DNA of 64,000 bases from an uncultured Gammaproteobacteria bacterium (GTDB lineage Bacteria; Pseudomonadota; Gammaproteobacteria; CAWCPV01): NCBI GenBank assembly GCA_963797555.1, contig CAWCPV010000007.1, positions 224,001-288,000 of the forward strand, written 5' to 3'. A program made the position numbers and the translations under genes. Below, one piece after another: positions 1 through 9,312 of this stretch. The first letter of the stretch is position 1, and every line of letters begins with the position of its first letter. Below the pieces are notes generated by a model. The model saw only the letters and a list, made by a program, of their open reading frames with translations, searched no databases and had not been told where the DNA came from.

Positions 1-2
1 CT

Positions 3-917
3 GGCGACTGCGGTCACAGGCCATCGCCGGCAGGTCGGCCCCGCGGGAACGGCATCGATGTCGATGCCTGCTACCGCTATATCCTGGGCCGTCAGACCAT
101 CGACGGCGGATTTTGCTTCTATGTTTACCACGACTGGGGGGTGGAGGAACCGAACGCGCCCGACACCTGTGCCGCCGTCGCGAGCCTCGGCCTGCTCGAC
201 CGGCCGGTGCCGAGACGGGCGTCCGTGGCGGACTGGCTCAAGGCCCAGCAGGACTCCCGCGGCGGCTATCCGACCCTCACCATTGCCCATGCGACGCTTA
301 CGGCATTGCGCCTCCTGGGGGAAGCGCCGCCGCAAGACCCGAGCCGTTTCTTGGAGAAAATGGGCGGGATCTACGGACTCACGGATGCCGCCGGGCGGGA
401 GGCATCCGGTTGGCTCCACAACGCACTGCGCTGCGTCGAGCTATGGCGGGACTATGACCTGTCCCTGAGCGATCGAGTGCGCACGCAGGTGGGCACCGGA
501 CTCAGCCGCCTGCGGCAGGACGACGGCGGTTACGGCGCGCCTGGGGCGAGCCTGCCCGATACCGCCGCCGCTGTGGCGCTCGCTGCCGCGCTCGACCTGC
601 CCGTCGACCCCGCGGCGCTCGCTTACGTACGGCGATGCGAGGCGTTTCCCTACGGCTTCAATATCACCCCGTCGGCCTCGTCCAGCGGCCTGGAAAGCCA
701 CCATGCGGGCATGCGGGTGCTGCGTCACTTCGGCGCCGGCCCGCGCCAACCCGTGGTGGTGCAGGACTATGTCGCGAGCTGCCAGACTCGGCGCGGCGGC
801 TTTGGGCGCGTGCCGGGCGCGGTGCCCCGGCTCGACGACAGTCTGCGTGCGCTGGAAGTTCTGTCCATGCTGGCGCAGGCGCGATCCGCGAGCCCAGAGG
901 CCTCCGGGGACCCTTGA
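3..917 (+). CDS. Prenyltransferase/squalene oxidase repeat-containing protein (5' partial)
   Basis: Frame is open from the window start; repeated QxxDGG[FY] motifs (RQTIDGGF, QQDSRGGY, RQDDGGYG, CQTRRGGFG). Confidence 0.7.
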   Translation, partial: GDCGHRPSPAGRPRGNGIDVDACYRYILGRQTIDGGFCFYVYHDWGVEEPNAPDTCAAVASLGLLDRPVPRRASVADWLKAQQDSRGGYPTLTIAHATLTALRLLGEAPPQDPSRFLEKMGGIYGLTDAAGREASGWLHNALRCVELWRDYDLSLSDRVRTQVGTGLSRLRQDDGGYGAPGASLPDTAAAVALAAALDLPVDPAALAYVRRCEAFPYGFNITPSASSSGLESHHAGMRVLRHFGAGPRQPVVVQDYVASCQTRRGGFGRVPGAVPRLDDSLRALEVLSMLAQARSASPEASGDP

Positions 918-991
918 TAGGTGCCCAAGCTACCGGCACAGGCGTCGGTCCGGCGAGCGGATCGAGACCGACCGGGCATGGGGGTAAAAAG

Positions 992-1462
992 ATGCTGGAG
1001 ATCGCCATTCCGGGGTTCGGTGGGCTGGGTCTCGAACACCTGGTGACGGACTATACGGGTACGCTGTCCGCGGACGGCGCACTTCTGCCGGGCGTCAGGG
1101 AACTGCTGAACGCCGTCGCTGCAGACCTCCAAGTGCACGTCGTGACGGCCGACACCTTCGGCATGGCGCGGTCCGAGCTCGAAGGGGTCCACTGCGTGGT
1201 ACGCATCCTGGACGGAGGAGCCGAGGACGCCCAGAAGGAGGATTACGTCCGCGCGCTCGGCGCCGAACGGGTGGCGGCGCTCGGAAACGGCAACAACGAC
1301 CGGCGCATGCTGCGGGCTGCACGCCTCGGCATCGCCGTATGTCAAATCGAGGGATGCTCCATCGACGCTCTGACGGCAGCGGACATCGTCGTGACATCTC
1401 CCGTCCATGCCCTCGAGTTGCTGCTGCACCCAGGCCGCCTCAAGGCGACCCTGCGATTCTGA
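992..1462 (+). CDS. HAD-superfamily hydrolase (soluble P-type ATPase-like)
   Basis: DYTGT motif I, TADTFG, GNGNND motif III/IV, C-terminal KATLR. Confidence 0.8.
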   Translation: MLEIAIPGFGGLGLEHLVTDYTGTLSADGALLPGVRELLNAVAADLQVHVVTADTFGMARSELEGVHCVVRILDGGAEDAQKEDYVRALGAERVAALGNGNNDRRMLRAARLGIAVCQIEGCSIDALTAADIVVTSPVHALELLLHPGRLKATLRF

Positions 1463-2234
1463 GCCGCAGCATGCGAAGCACCCAGTACGCACCGAGCGCA
1501 GCCAGGAGATGCTTGACCGTATGCCCGCTCAGCTCCCCGGTCAGGCTGTACAAGGCGGCGTCGAAGTGCTCTGCCGGCTTCGACAGGGCGTAGAACAGCA
1601 GCACAACGAACAGGTCGGAGCTGCGTGTGAACCGGCCGGGGTAAGCCACGAGCACAACGGGTATCAGGATGGCGGGGAGGAACTGGACCAATGCGTACGG
1701 CCTGAGGTCGCCGGCGCCGAAATGCTCGGAAACATCCCAGTAGAGAACGCTGCCCAAGCCCAGCGCGAGCAGCCAAGGAAGCGCTCGCCGGGCGCGGGGG
1801 TCGAGGTGCTCCGTGAGGATGGCCGAAAACAGCCCCATGAAGGCGACGGTCATGGGCAAACGGTCCCAGACCAGGGTGTCGTTCGTGGGGTGCAGGTGAT
1901 ACCAGGCCGATCCGATGCCTGTGAGTGCAACGCCGACAAAGAACGCGATATAAGCCGCGAGAGCCGGTGTGCGCAGTCCCTCCCACTTGCGGCGAACGAC
2001 GGCAACCAGACCCGCAAGCCCGACCAGCAGAAACGGGACGTTCGATACCACGTTCCAAAAATTCGGGATGCCCCACAGCCTCCGCTGATCGATGAATTGG
2101 TGATAAGCGGCATCCTGGGGGACGGGCGCCACGAAGAGCAGGGTGGAGAGGCCGGCGAGGCAAAGCGCCGTCAATATCCATGGCCTCGCCGTCCGGAGCC
2201 ACGGCGGTGGCCAGGGGCGGGCGGTGGCGCTCAA
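1440..2234 (-). CDS. Alkaline ceramidase-like (CREST) membrane protein
   Basis: NVVSNVPF, GSAWYH, WDRLPMT, SGHTVKH motifs; multiple TM helices; start uncertain. Confidence 0.8.
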   Translation of the reverse strand: MSATARPWPPPWLRTARPWILTALCLAGLSTLLFVAPVPQDAAYHQFIDQRRLWGIPNFWNVVSNVPFLLVGLAGLVAVVRRKWEGLRTPALAAYIAFFVGVALTGIGSAWYHLHPTNDTLVWDRLPMTVAFMGLFSAILTEHLDPRARRALPWLLALGLGSVLYWDVSEHFGAGDLRPYALVQFLPAILIPVVLVAYPGRFTRSSDLFVVLLFYALSKPAEHFDAALYSLTGELSGHTVKHLLAALGAYWVLRMLRLRIAGSP

Positions 2235-2301
2235 GGATTCCGGCCTACCACGCGCGTGTCGGCGATGCGGCCCGGCGCTGCTGTCCGGCCGTGCGGCCCT
2301 C

Positions 2302-2404
2302 GCCCAACAACACTTTCTCGGACATGGTGTTCGACGGCGGACATGAGAACAGCCGGGCGCTGACCGGCTTCAGCGAAGGCCCGTCGCTTGCGCACTGGCT
2401 TTGC
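2302..2404 (-). repeat. Degenerate attC-like site
   Basis: Minus strand GCAAAGCCAGT after the gene stop (mirrors the cassette start GTTGGGCTTTGC) ... ends in GTTGGGC. Confidence 0.35.
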
Positions 2405-2419
2405 CTCCCCAAACCTCCT

Positions 2420-2809
2420 CTACGACCAGAAGCGGTCATCTGTCTGCTCGTCCCCTTGGAATTCGCGGAACTCAGTGGCCTTCCCGTTCACAAGCCGCCA
2501 AACATGCACCTCTGGGAAAGCCGCAGATTGACCGTTGCGCTCCGCCTTGACGGTCACGAGCACGACCACCACATCGTCTTCGGCAAGGACATGATGCACC
2601 TCAATACCCAAGACGCCGCCGGAAAGTTCCATGGTGTGTCTGAAAAATCCGACGACCTCGTTGTGGCCTTTGTAATCGCCCGATAACGGGCTGTGACCCG
2701 GCACGTGCCGGGTGATCGATGCGTCGAATGCCTCAAGGACCGCGGGGATGTCGCCCTTGGCGAAGTCCTCATATGCCTTGCGGATGACGGTAGCGTTCAT
2801 GAGATTCAC
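2420..2809 (-). CDS. NTF2/SnoaL-like (ketosteroid isomerase-like) protein
   Basis: YEDFAKGDI..., VPGHSPLSGDYKGH, VWRLVNGKATEFRE; RBS AGGAG upstream. Confidence 0.85.
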   Translation of the reverse strand: MNLMNATVIRKAYEDFAKGDIPAVLEAFDASITRHVPGHSPLSGDYKGHNEVVGFFRHTMELSGGVLGIEVHHVLAEDDVVVVLVTVKAERNGQSAAFPEVHVWRLVNGKATEFREFQGDEQTDDRFWS

Positions 2810-2871
2810 AGTTTCTCCTTACTGTAATTCGGAATCGTGATTCGTGGCGCAAACAACCTGCACGTAGCAAA

Positions 2872-2970
2872 GCCCAACGCCGCAGTTATGCGGCACCGTT
2901 CGACCGAGCGCTGTCCTTGCCATTGCCTCGACCCGACGCTCGTCGCCTGCTAGCGGTTTGACTGTTGTAC
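2872..2970 (-). repeat. Degenerate attC-like site
   Basis: Minus strand GTACAAC...CCGCATAACTGCGGCGTTGGGC (TAACT box then GTTRRRY core). Confidence 0.45.
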
Positions 2971-3015
2971 GTTGACCCTTGACGCACACCCTGTCATCAT
3001 CAAGCCTCACGAAAT

Positions 3016-4098
3016 TTACGTCAGGGCTGCCTGGGCCACGCGGCGGGCGAGTATCTCGCGGTCGACCAGTCCTTCGAGGCGACCGTCGCGGACCAGTGCT
3101 GCGAAGCGCGTTTGCCGTCCGAGAACTTCCTGTTGTAGAAACCGCTGGCCCTTCTCTCTGACATCCACGACCTGTGCATCCCGAGCAATACCCAATTCGT
3201 ATTCGAGGTCGCGCGCTGACAAGGAATGTTTTGTAATTTGCTCGTCCGCCCCGAACGCTTCGCCGACAAACAACGGGTACCGCCAGAGTTCTTGTTCCAG
3301 CTTCTCCAGAGTTGGGGCTTCGCGACGAAAGTTCCCGTAAGCCTGTTCGAGGGCCGGCCAGCGCAATTCCAGCCGATGACAGAACTCGGACGGCGTTGCC
3401 ATCAACAGGAACTTCCCTCCGGCGTCGATGAACACGAAGCCGCGAGTTTGACCGAACTCGCGTGCCAGAGCCGACACCAGATACAGGCGCGTGTTCCACC
3501 ACGGTGTGGGTCCTATGTGCAACTCGATGAACTGTACTTTGCCCAGAAGTCCTAGCTTGTCCTTAATATTCATCATGTACGACGGGCCAAGCTCCTGAGC
3601 CTTAAGCATCACGTCGATTGCTTCCAGTTGCCGCGTTAAGCGCGTGCTTTCGTGCATACGCAGCGCAGCCAGTACTTCTACAGCGAGTTCCTCAGCGCTA
3701 GCAAAGTACCCGCTGCACTGCTTCTTCAGCCGCTCACGAAGATTACTGATCCTAGCGAGGTCTGCATCCTTCCGTGCCTTGGGCCAACGTGCCTTCTCAT
3801 TTAGCAAGAATGTGAGTCGCGTCATCGGCTTGTCGGTAGCGGCTGCATATTCCATTTCGGTCACTGAGAGGCGTTGGGGATTGTTGTCGATGGGGATGTG
3901 TCCGTAGCGCCAAGCGAAAACGCCAATATAGACATCGCACGCTACCACGTCGCCCTGACAGGCAAATTCGACCCGCTGGTCGCGTGCGACATACTCCTCC
4001 ATCATCACGACATCGTAGCCGGCCTTGCGCAAGGCACGGCCAAGGATTGCCCGGTGGCGCTTTAGGTCAGTGAACGTCGATGACAGATAGACTTTCAT
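3016..4098 (-). CDS. DUF4062 (TIR/SLOG-like) domain protein with an uncharacterised C-terminal domain
   Basis: N-terminal KVYLSSTFTDLK...CDVYIGVFAWRYG...SVTEMEY; visibly lower GC than the flanks. Confidence 0.8.
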   Translation of the reverse strand: MKVYLSSTFTDLKRHRAILGRALRKAGYDVVMMEEYVARDQRVEFACQGDVVACDVYIGVFAWRYGHIPIDNNPQRLSVTEMEYAAATDKPMTRLTFLLNEKARWPKARKDADLARISNLRERLKKQCSGYFASAEELAVEVLAALRMHESTRLTRQLEAIDVMLKAQELGPSYMMNIKDKLGLLGKVQFIELHIGPTPWWNTRLYLVSALAREFGQTRGFVFIDAGGKFLLMATPSEFCHRLELRWPALEQAYGNFRREAPTLEKLEQELWRYPLFVGEAFGADEQITKHSLSARDLEYELGIARDAQVVDVREKGQRFLQQEVLGRQTRFAALVRDGRLEGLVDREILARRVAQAALT

Positions 4099-4143
4099 CC
4101 GAGCGACTGGTCAGGACATTACGTCAGGTCTAACCATACTGAG

Positions 4144-4309
4144 TCAGGGTGACCACGGTCCGATCATCGTCCTGCCGACATTTGCGGGCGCGTTGGGGAG
4201 CATTTGCACCCCGTCGTCTGTGAACTGTGCGACCCACGCCTCGGCATCGCCAGCATCGAGCCCAGCTACGTGCGCGTCTCGCACCCTAATGTGTTCATAC
4301 TTGGCCATG
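4144..4309 (-). pseudogene. Truncated SnoaL/DUF4440-like fragment
   Basis: GDAEAWVAQFTDDGVQMLPNAPANVGR breaks off early. Confidence 0.55.
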
Positions 4310-4339
4310 CGATCCTCCGTAACGGTTGTTGCCCATGCC

Positions 4340-4405
4340 ATCTAAGGCTGAAGCTCAGCCGCGGGCCGGCGCGGCCGGCTCGTCCGCGGGAGCGCCTCGT
4401 TGGGG
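4340..4405 (-). repeat. Degenerate attC-like site
   Basis: CCCCAACGAGGCGCTCCCGCGGAC...CGCGGCTGAGCTTCAGCCTTAGAT overlapping the cupin 3' end. Confidence 0.55.
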
Positions 4406-4852
4406 GGCTCCCTGTGGGGCCGGAACCAGTCCGTATTTGGACATAACGTCAAGAAGTTTCGCACGGTCAGGAGGCCCGCCCGCATTGACGATGGAACCTA
4501 CATCCCGAAAATACTGGGCACCGATGTCCGGGCTCAAAACGATGAGCGCCCGGGCCGTGTAATTGTGCGGATTGCTGAATTGATGGACCGACCCCCGCGG
4601 CGTGAACATCCATTCTCCCGGACACAAGTCGCGCTCTGCGCCATCCACGGAGTATCGAAGCGTGCCCTCCAACACATAGACGCACTCTTCGTTGCGCGTG
4701 TGGCTATGGGGCGCGGGAACGTTTGAATTCGGCGGTACGCTCAATTCGAAGACGCCCATACCGCCGGTGGTAGCGCCGTCAATGAGATACCGAATGCTCA
4801 TTCGGCCGACCATGATCGAGTCTTGGGTTGATTCCTGGACCCCGTCAGTCAT
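4355..4852 (-). CDS. Cupin domain protein
   Basis: PHSHTRNEECVYVLEG and PRGSVHQF cupin motifs. Confidence 0.85.
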   Translation of the reverse strand: MTDGVQESTQDSIMVGRMSIRYLIDGATTGGMGVFELSVPPNSNVPAPHSHTRNEECVYVLEGTLRYSVDGAERDLCPGEWMFTPRGSVHQFSNPHNYTARALIVLSPDIGAQYFRDVGSIVNAGGPPDRAKLLDVMSKYGLVPAPQGAPQRGAPADEPAAPARG

Positions 4853-4894
4853 TCTAATCTCCTCGTTCGAATTGCCCGAAGCATTTCTACTGCG

Positions 4895-4969
4895 GCCCTA
4901 TGACCGCGCTAACCGGCTGCGGAAGGAGCCCAGCGACTGACGCAGTCCGAGCTACGCACCTTGTTCGGC
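4895..4969 (-). repeat. Degenerate attC-like site
   Basis: GCCGAACAAGGTGCGTAGCTCGGACTGCG...CGCAGCCGGTTAGCGCGGTCATAGGGC; internal dyad symmetry. Confidence 0.55.
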
Positions 4970-5218
4970 ATTACCTTCATGCGCTGCGGGCTTCAATCCA
5001 GATACCAGCGTTTCCGGCGCGATATCTTGTTCATGGGGCCATGTCACTGCACCAAAGACTGTGTCGACTTGCGAGAAGTAACTCTTATCTCGAAGCTCCC
5101 TGAATACGCCGTGATTCAGATACGGCTTGAGGTCAAAGACGCCCTTCCGACCATCTACCAACTCAACGAAAATCTCATAGTCGTCTAATGGGCGAACTGT
5201 CTTCACGTCCCAATACAT
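4952..5218 (-). CDS. DUF2442 domain protein (putative antitoxin)
   Basis: VRPLDDYEIFVELVDGRKGVFDLKPYL...VTWPHEQDIAPETL; directly downstream of a DUF4160 gene. Confidence 0.85.
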   Translation of the reverse strand: MYWDVKTVRPLDDYEIFVELVDGRKGVFDLKPYLNHGVFRELRDKSYFSQVDTVFGAVTWPHEQDIAPETLVSGLKPAAHEGNAEQGA

Positions 5219-5346
5219 AGCAACCTCACAATGGATCAATTTTGTACGGGTTTTCACCCGCCACAGCCAGGTCCCAATCGGCCATGAGTTCATCTCGACA
5301 CAATTCAATCCATGCTTGCACCAAACGTAGCTGCTTACGCGGTAAC

Positions 5347-5969
5347 TCCCCGAGGTAAGCCCCCGGCTTTGCCGGGGACTCACCGAGGTTTGACCTATAC
5401 GACGGTCGTCGTGAATCTCCAATCTCCGCCAAGAGAAGGAGACGCACGATGAAAGAGTACCAGAGTCTGATCCACACGAAGTGGGACTGTAAGTACCATG
5501 TGATATTCATCCCGAAAGCGCAGGAAGAAGCGGATCTTCGGGGCGCTGCGCCGCCACCTGGGACAGATCTTCCACGAGTTGGCGGGCCACAAGGACTCGA
5601 AGGTGGTTGAAGGCCACCTGATGTCCGATCACGTGCACATGTGCCTGAGCATACCGCCGAAGTATGCGGTGTCCAACGTCGTGGGGTATATCAAAGGCAA
5701 GAGCGCCATCCAGATCGCCCGGAGGTTCGCAGGCCGGCAGCGGAACTTCACCGGAGAGAACTTTTGGGCGCGCGGGTACTTTGTGTCCACGGTCGGCTTA
5801 GATGAGGCGATGGTCAGGGCCTACATCCGGAACCAAGAGCAAGAGGACGAGCGCTACGATCAGCTAACGCTGGGGACATAGGTCCAGCCGCCTTGGGCGG
5901 CTCCCGGTGTTATGGCGCCTTTGAGGCGCTCACCCAATAAGCCCCCGGCTTTGCCGGGGGTGAGTTAAC
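5347..5969 (+). mobile_element. IS200-group element, copy 1
   Basis: Subterminal hairpins CCCCGGCTTTGCCGGGG at both ends; inserted 3' of TAAC; near-identical to 39025-39648. Confidence 0.9.
5449..5881 (+). pseudogene. tnpA: IS200 Y1 (HUH) transposase, frameshifted near 5515
   Basis: WDCKYHVIFIPK / DHVHM HUH motif / FWARGYFVSTVG...YIRNQ. Confidence 0.85.
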
Positions 5970-6181
5970 TCTCCGGCTAAAACTTCACCATCATCAATCC
6001 GAATCGATGCCTCGAATCCTGAGTACCGCGCATGAACGTGCGGCGCAGCGTGATGCTGGTTATCCAGAAAGTACCGCCGGATGATGATCCCGTAGAACAT
6101 TGAAATTGAATGCCTTCAACCGTCTGTTTCCTCGCCACCCATCCTTTGACACGCTGCTATTTTCGTTCAGTCCCGCAGTTA

Positions 6182-7283
6182 CTAAGTCCATTTTAAGTAA
6201 AGCCATATGTTGGTACAATGGGGGCATGAAATGCAAGCGCGAATCGGACGGGCGCAAGCTCGATCATAGGAGCCTGCAGGTGCTGCGCCAGCAAGCCGTG
6301 AAAGCGGTGCGTCACGGACAGACGGTACAGAGCGTAGCGCAGGCCTTCGGGTTGAACATTCGCACCGTGTTTCGCTGGCTCTCGGCATTTGCCTCGGGGG
6401 GACAGAACGCGCTGTTGGCCAAGCCGATCCCGGGCCGCCCGCCGCTGCTTGGCGCCGAGGAGATGCGCTGGCTGGCGGGGGCGGTGCGCGAGCACACGCC
6501 GCAGCAGTTCCGATTCGAGTTTGCGCTGTGGACCCTGCCGCTCATCGGCAGGTTGATCGAGCGGCGGTTCAACAAGCGCCTTTCGGACTCCGCCGTCAGG
6601 CGGGTGATGCGGGTGCTGGGATTCACTGCCCAGAAGCCGCTCTACCGTGCCTGGCAGCGCGATCCGGTGCTGGTCGAGCGCTGGCAGAAAGAGCAATTTC
6701 CCGCCATCCAGGCCGAGGCCAAGCGCGTGGGGGCGACCATCTACTTTGGGGATGAGTCGGGGATGCGCTCCGACTACCACGCCGGCACCACTTGGGCGCC
6801 GATGGGCAAGACCCCGGTGGTCGCGGTGACCGGGGCGCGGTTCTCGCTCGCCATGCTCTCGGCGGTGAGCGCCCGCGGGGGCTTGCGCTTCATGGTGCAC
6901 GAGGGGACGGTGACCGCCGCGGTGTTCAAGGAATTCCTCAAGCGCCTGCTGGTGGGCGCCACCCGGCCGGTCTTCCTCATCGTCGATGGCCATCCCATCC
7001 ACAAGGCACGATTGATCCAGGACTTCATCGGCGAACAGAACGGGCGCCTTAAGCTGTTCTTCCTCCCCCCGTACTCGCCCCAACTCAATCCCGACGAACA
7101 GGTTTGGGGGCATGTGAAAGCCCGCGTCGCCAAGCGCCGGGTGGAAAGCAAAGAGGATCTCAAGAGCAAACTCCTCGGTGCTTTGCGCCGGCTCCAGAAG
7201 CTGCCAGAAATCGTCAAAGGCTTTTTCATGCATCCGCATTGCTGCTACGCTGTCTGATATGGCCTTACTTAAGAAAGGATTAG
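6182..7283 (+). mobile_element. IS630 family element
   Basis: Imperfect ~27-bp IRs (CTAAGTCCATTTTAAGTAAAGCCATAT / CTAATCCTTTCTTAAGTAAGGCCATAT); TA duplication at 6180-6181 and 7284-7285. Confidence 0.9.
6226..7257 (+). CDS. IS630 family DDE transposase
   Basis: N-terminal HTH; FGDES, IVDGHPIH, LPPYSPQLNPDE. Confidence 0.92.
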   Translation: MKCKRESDGRKLDHRSLQVLRQQAVKAVRHGQTVQSVAQAFGLNIRTVFRWLSAFASGGQNALLAKPIPGRPPLLGAEEMRWLAGAVREHTPQQFRFEFALWTLPLIGRLIERRFNKRLSDSAVRRVMRVLGFTAQKPLYRAWQRDPVLVERWQKEQFPAIQAEAKRVGATIYFGDESGMRSDYHAGTTWAPMGKTPVVAVTGARFSLAMLSAVSARGGLRFMVHEGTVTAAVFKEFLKRLLVGATRPVFLIVDGHPIHKARLIQDFIGEQNGRLKLFFLPPYSPQLNPDEQVWGHVKARVAKRRVESKEDLKSKLLGALRRLQKLPEIVKGFFMHPHCCYAV

Positions 7284-7636
7284 TAAGCACGGTACCTTGC
7301 AGTCTATCCCAAACCGCGACGGCCTTGCCAGATACTGCTGCGGGCCTGGAGTTCCGTCCCGACCGCGGTAGGCCCCTGTACCGCAGGGCCTAGCAGTGGC
7401 AGTGCCGCGTGTGCGTGGAGCCCGCCGAGGTGGCGATCCGGGGCCTGGCCTGACGCTGGGGGGGCTCCTTCGGCATGCGCGGTAAGCTTTTGGCACCGCA
7501 GGTGTTCCCTCGGCCTGGGTCGCATGTGGCGTCGGCTTGCTCCGATGCCTTTTCTCGGCGCCGCGCGAGCTTGGACGGTATCCGGCGGACGATGTCCCGC
7601 CGCGACGTGACGCACCGAACTGCCGCTCCTCTGCGC

Positions 7637-8513
7637 TCAAGGCGAGCCCAGCAGAGGGAGCGACTGAGCGTCCAACCGCTTCGCAAGCTTCTTGTATCCG
7701 TCAATGCTCGGATGGATCTCGTTCATCCAGTCTCCGTCTTCACCGAGGCTTCCCAGCTTCGCACGCTTGAGCGTCCCCCGCGTATCGACGACATGGAATT
7801 TCGTAAGGCATGCGGTCCCGTGGCGAGGGCGAGGATCGCCTCGGCAAGCTCGTCGACCAGATAGTCCGAGACGCCGATCCAGTCGGTCTGCGGCACCTGA
7901 GCATCGGTAAGTGCCCTGAACAGCCAGGGGCCGAGAACCGGCACGAGAATAAATCGCGCCTGTGCATTCCGGGGCGTGGGGTAATCATACGTGTGGGTCA
8001 GAATCGGTTTGCCGATCGCGGTGCTATCTGGGGCGTCTCGCAGGGCCACGATGCTCCGGTAGCCAGTCTGAACGTCATCCTTCAGCCGCTGCAGCCTGGC
8101 CTGGTCGCAGTAGTCGGCCGGTCCAGCGGTAGTTGCAGACCGCGCGGCCGGCGGCAGCAGAATATCGTCCGCATCGTCGATCAGGTCGTTGCCGCCCCCG
8201 CTCAGAAGAATCAGATCCCACTGCACTAGCTGCCAAACTTGGGACTTAGCGCGTCCCGGAGCGCCCGGTCCCTGGTGAGCGTGCTCATCCGGCGGATGGT
8301 ATCCCCCGGGAAAGCACAGTTGATGATCACTGTGTTTCCGTCGAAACGCATCGAGAACAGCAGGTTAAACGTTGGGATTCCGCCCAGAGTGAACCAGGAA
8401 TCGCCCTCCGCCAGTATGCGCAAGTCGAAGCTCGAAGAGTCGGGATTGTGCTCAGGGTCAGTCCGGTCCGCCTGGGACCAGCTTATGACCTCGGGGCGCC
8501 ACTTCTTTGCCAT
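7637..8513 (-). pseudogene. SGNH/GDSL-type hydrolase, two frameshifts (~8225, ~7800)
   Basis: AEGDSWF, SGGGND, HTYDY, WMNEIHP blocks spread over three frames. Confidence 0.7.
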
Positions 8514-8711
8514 GTCTTGCTCCTTGCGCGCCGGACGGGCGAACTGTGCCCGCGGTTCCCCCGGACCAGCCAGATGCTGCTCCTCGCCTGACGGCCACCG
8601 TCACGTCGACACCCATCGGTATCAAGCCTCGCCCGGCGGCAACGTTACCGCACGGGGTGCCACGGCCACGCGGCCTTGCGTGCGCGTACGTTGGGGTTTA
8701 TCCACCCATGA

Positions 8712-8938
8712 GAGTAAGCATCCTCCGGCAAAGCCGGAGGCTTCCCCGTCGCTGGCCCCTCAAAGGGGCCTTTCCGCGACGGACAGAAGAACGGCTCCCG
8801 TTCGTGACTCATCGACACATGAAGTGATGCACCAGTCCCTGAGCGGAACCACAAGTCGCCTCAAACAGCCCGACTCCCTGCACTGTCAAACTTTGGATGT
8901 CGCCCCGGCAGAGCCGGGGGTTTTCCCGCCATAATAAC
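8712..8938. mobile_element. Non-autonomous IS200/IS605-type derivative (PATE-like)
   Basis: Two end-type hairpins CCTCCGGCAAAGCCGGAGG (8722-8740) and CCCCGGCAGAGCCGGGG (8903-8919), no transposase between them. Confidence 0.6.
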
Positions 8939-8947
8939 AGAGGCTCC

Positions 8948-9280
8948 TCATCGGGGACGCCGTCGAGTCGCAGAGCATACAACCGAAGGCCCATGTCGTC
9001 TCCGCCTATTGTCAGCATTCATCGGAAGCGAGCCGCTTACGATGACCTTGCCCGAGAAGTCCCCCGCCGGATTCAACACGTCGTCGATTCCGAACCAGTG
9101 CACAGCCAACAAGAGGGGATCCGCTTCCTGCGCGGCCTCACTCGAGCGGGCGTCCCGCGCGAGCTTCTTCAGTTTCTCCTTGCTGCGCGCATAGCTGAAT
9201 ACCACCTGATGCCCCGCACGCGCGAAGAGCGTCCCGAGTTTGCCACCCATCAATCCCGAACCTAGAATGCCAACTCGCAT
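8948..9280 (-). pseudogene. NADP oxidoreductase (F420-dependent family), 3' truncated
   Basis: MRVGILGSGLMGGKLG Rossmann start, LLAVHW, GKVIV; sequence degenerates after ~90 aa. Confidence 0.7.
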
Positions 9281-9312
9281 ACTGCTCTCCCTCGCCTTTT
9301 GCTGCCAGCATC

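Larger units (their letters stand above)
5226..6100 (-). pseudogene. DUF4160 domain protein (putative toxin) interrupted by IS200
   Basis: MFYGIIIRRYFLDNQHHAAPHVHARY...VLAGEL (6100-5970) joins in frame to PRKQLRLVQAWIEL...KIDPL (5346-5226). Confidence 0.85.

Noticed and set aside
5882-5969. TnpB/IscB gene or omega-RNA associated with the IS200
   Set aside because: The element ends ~90 bp after tnpA with no nuclease ORF
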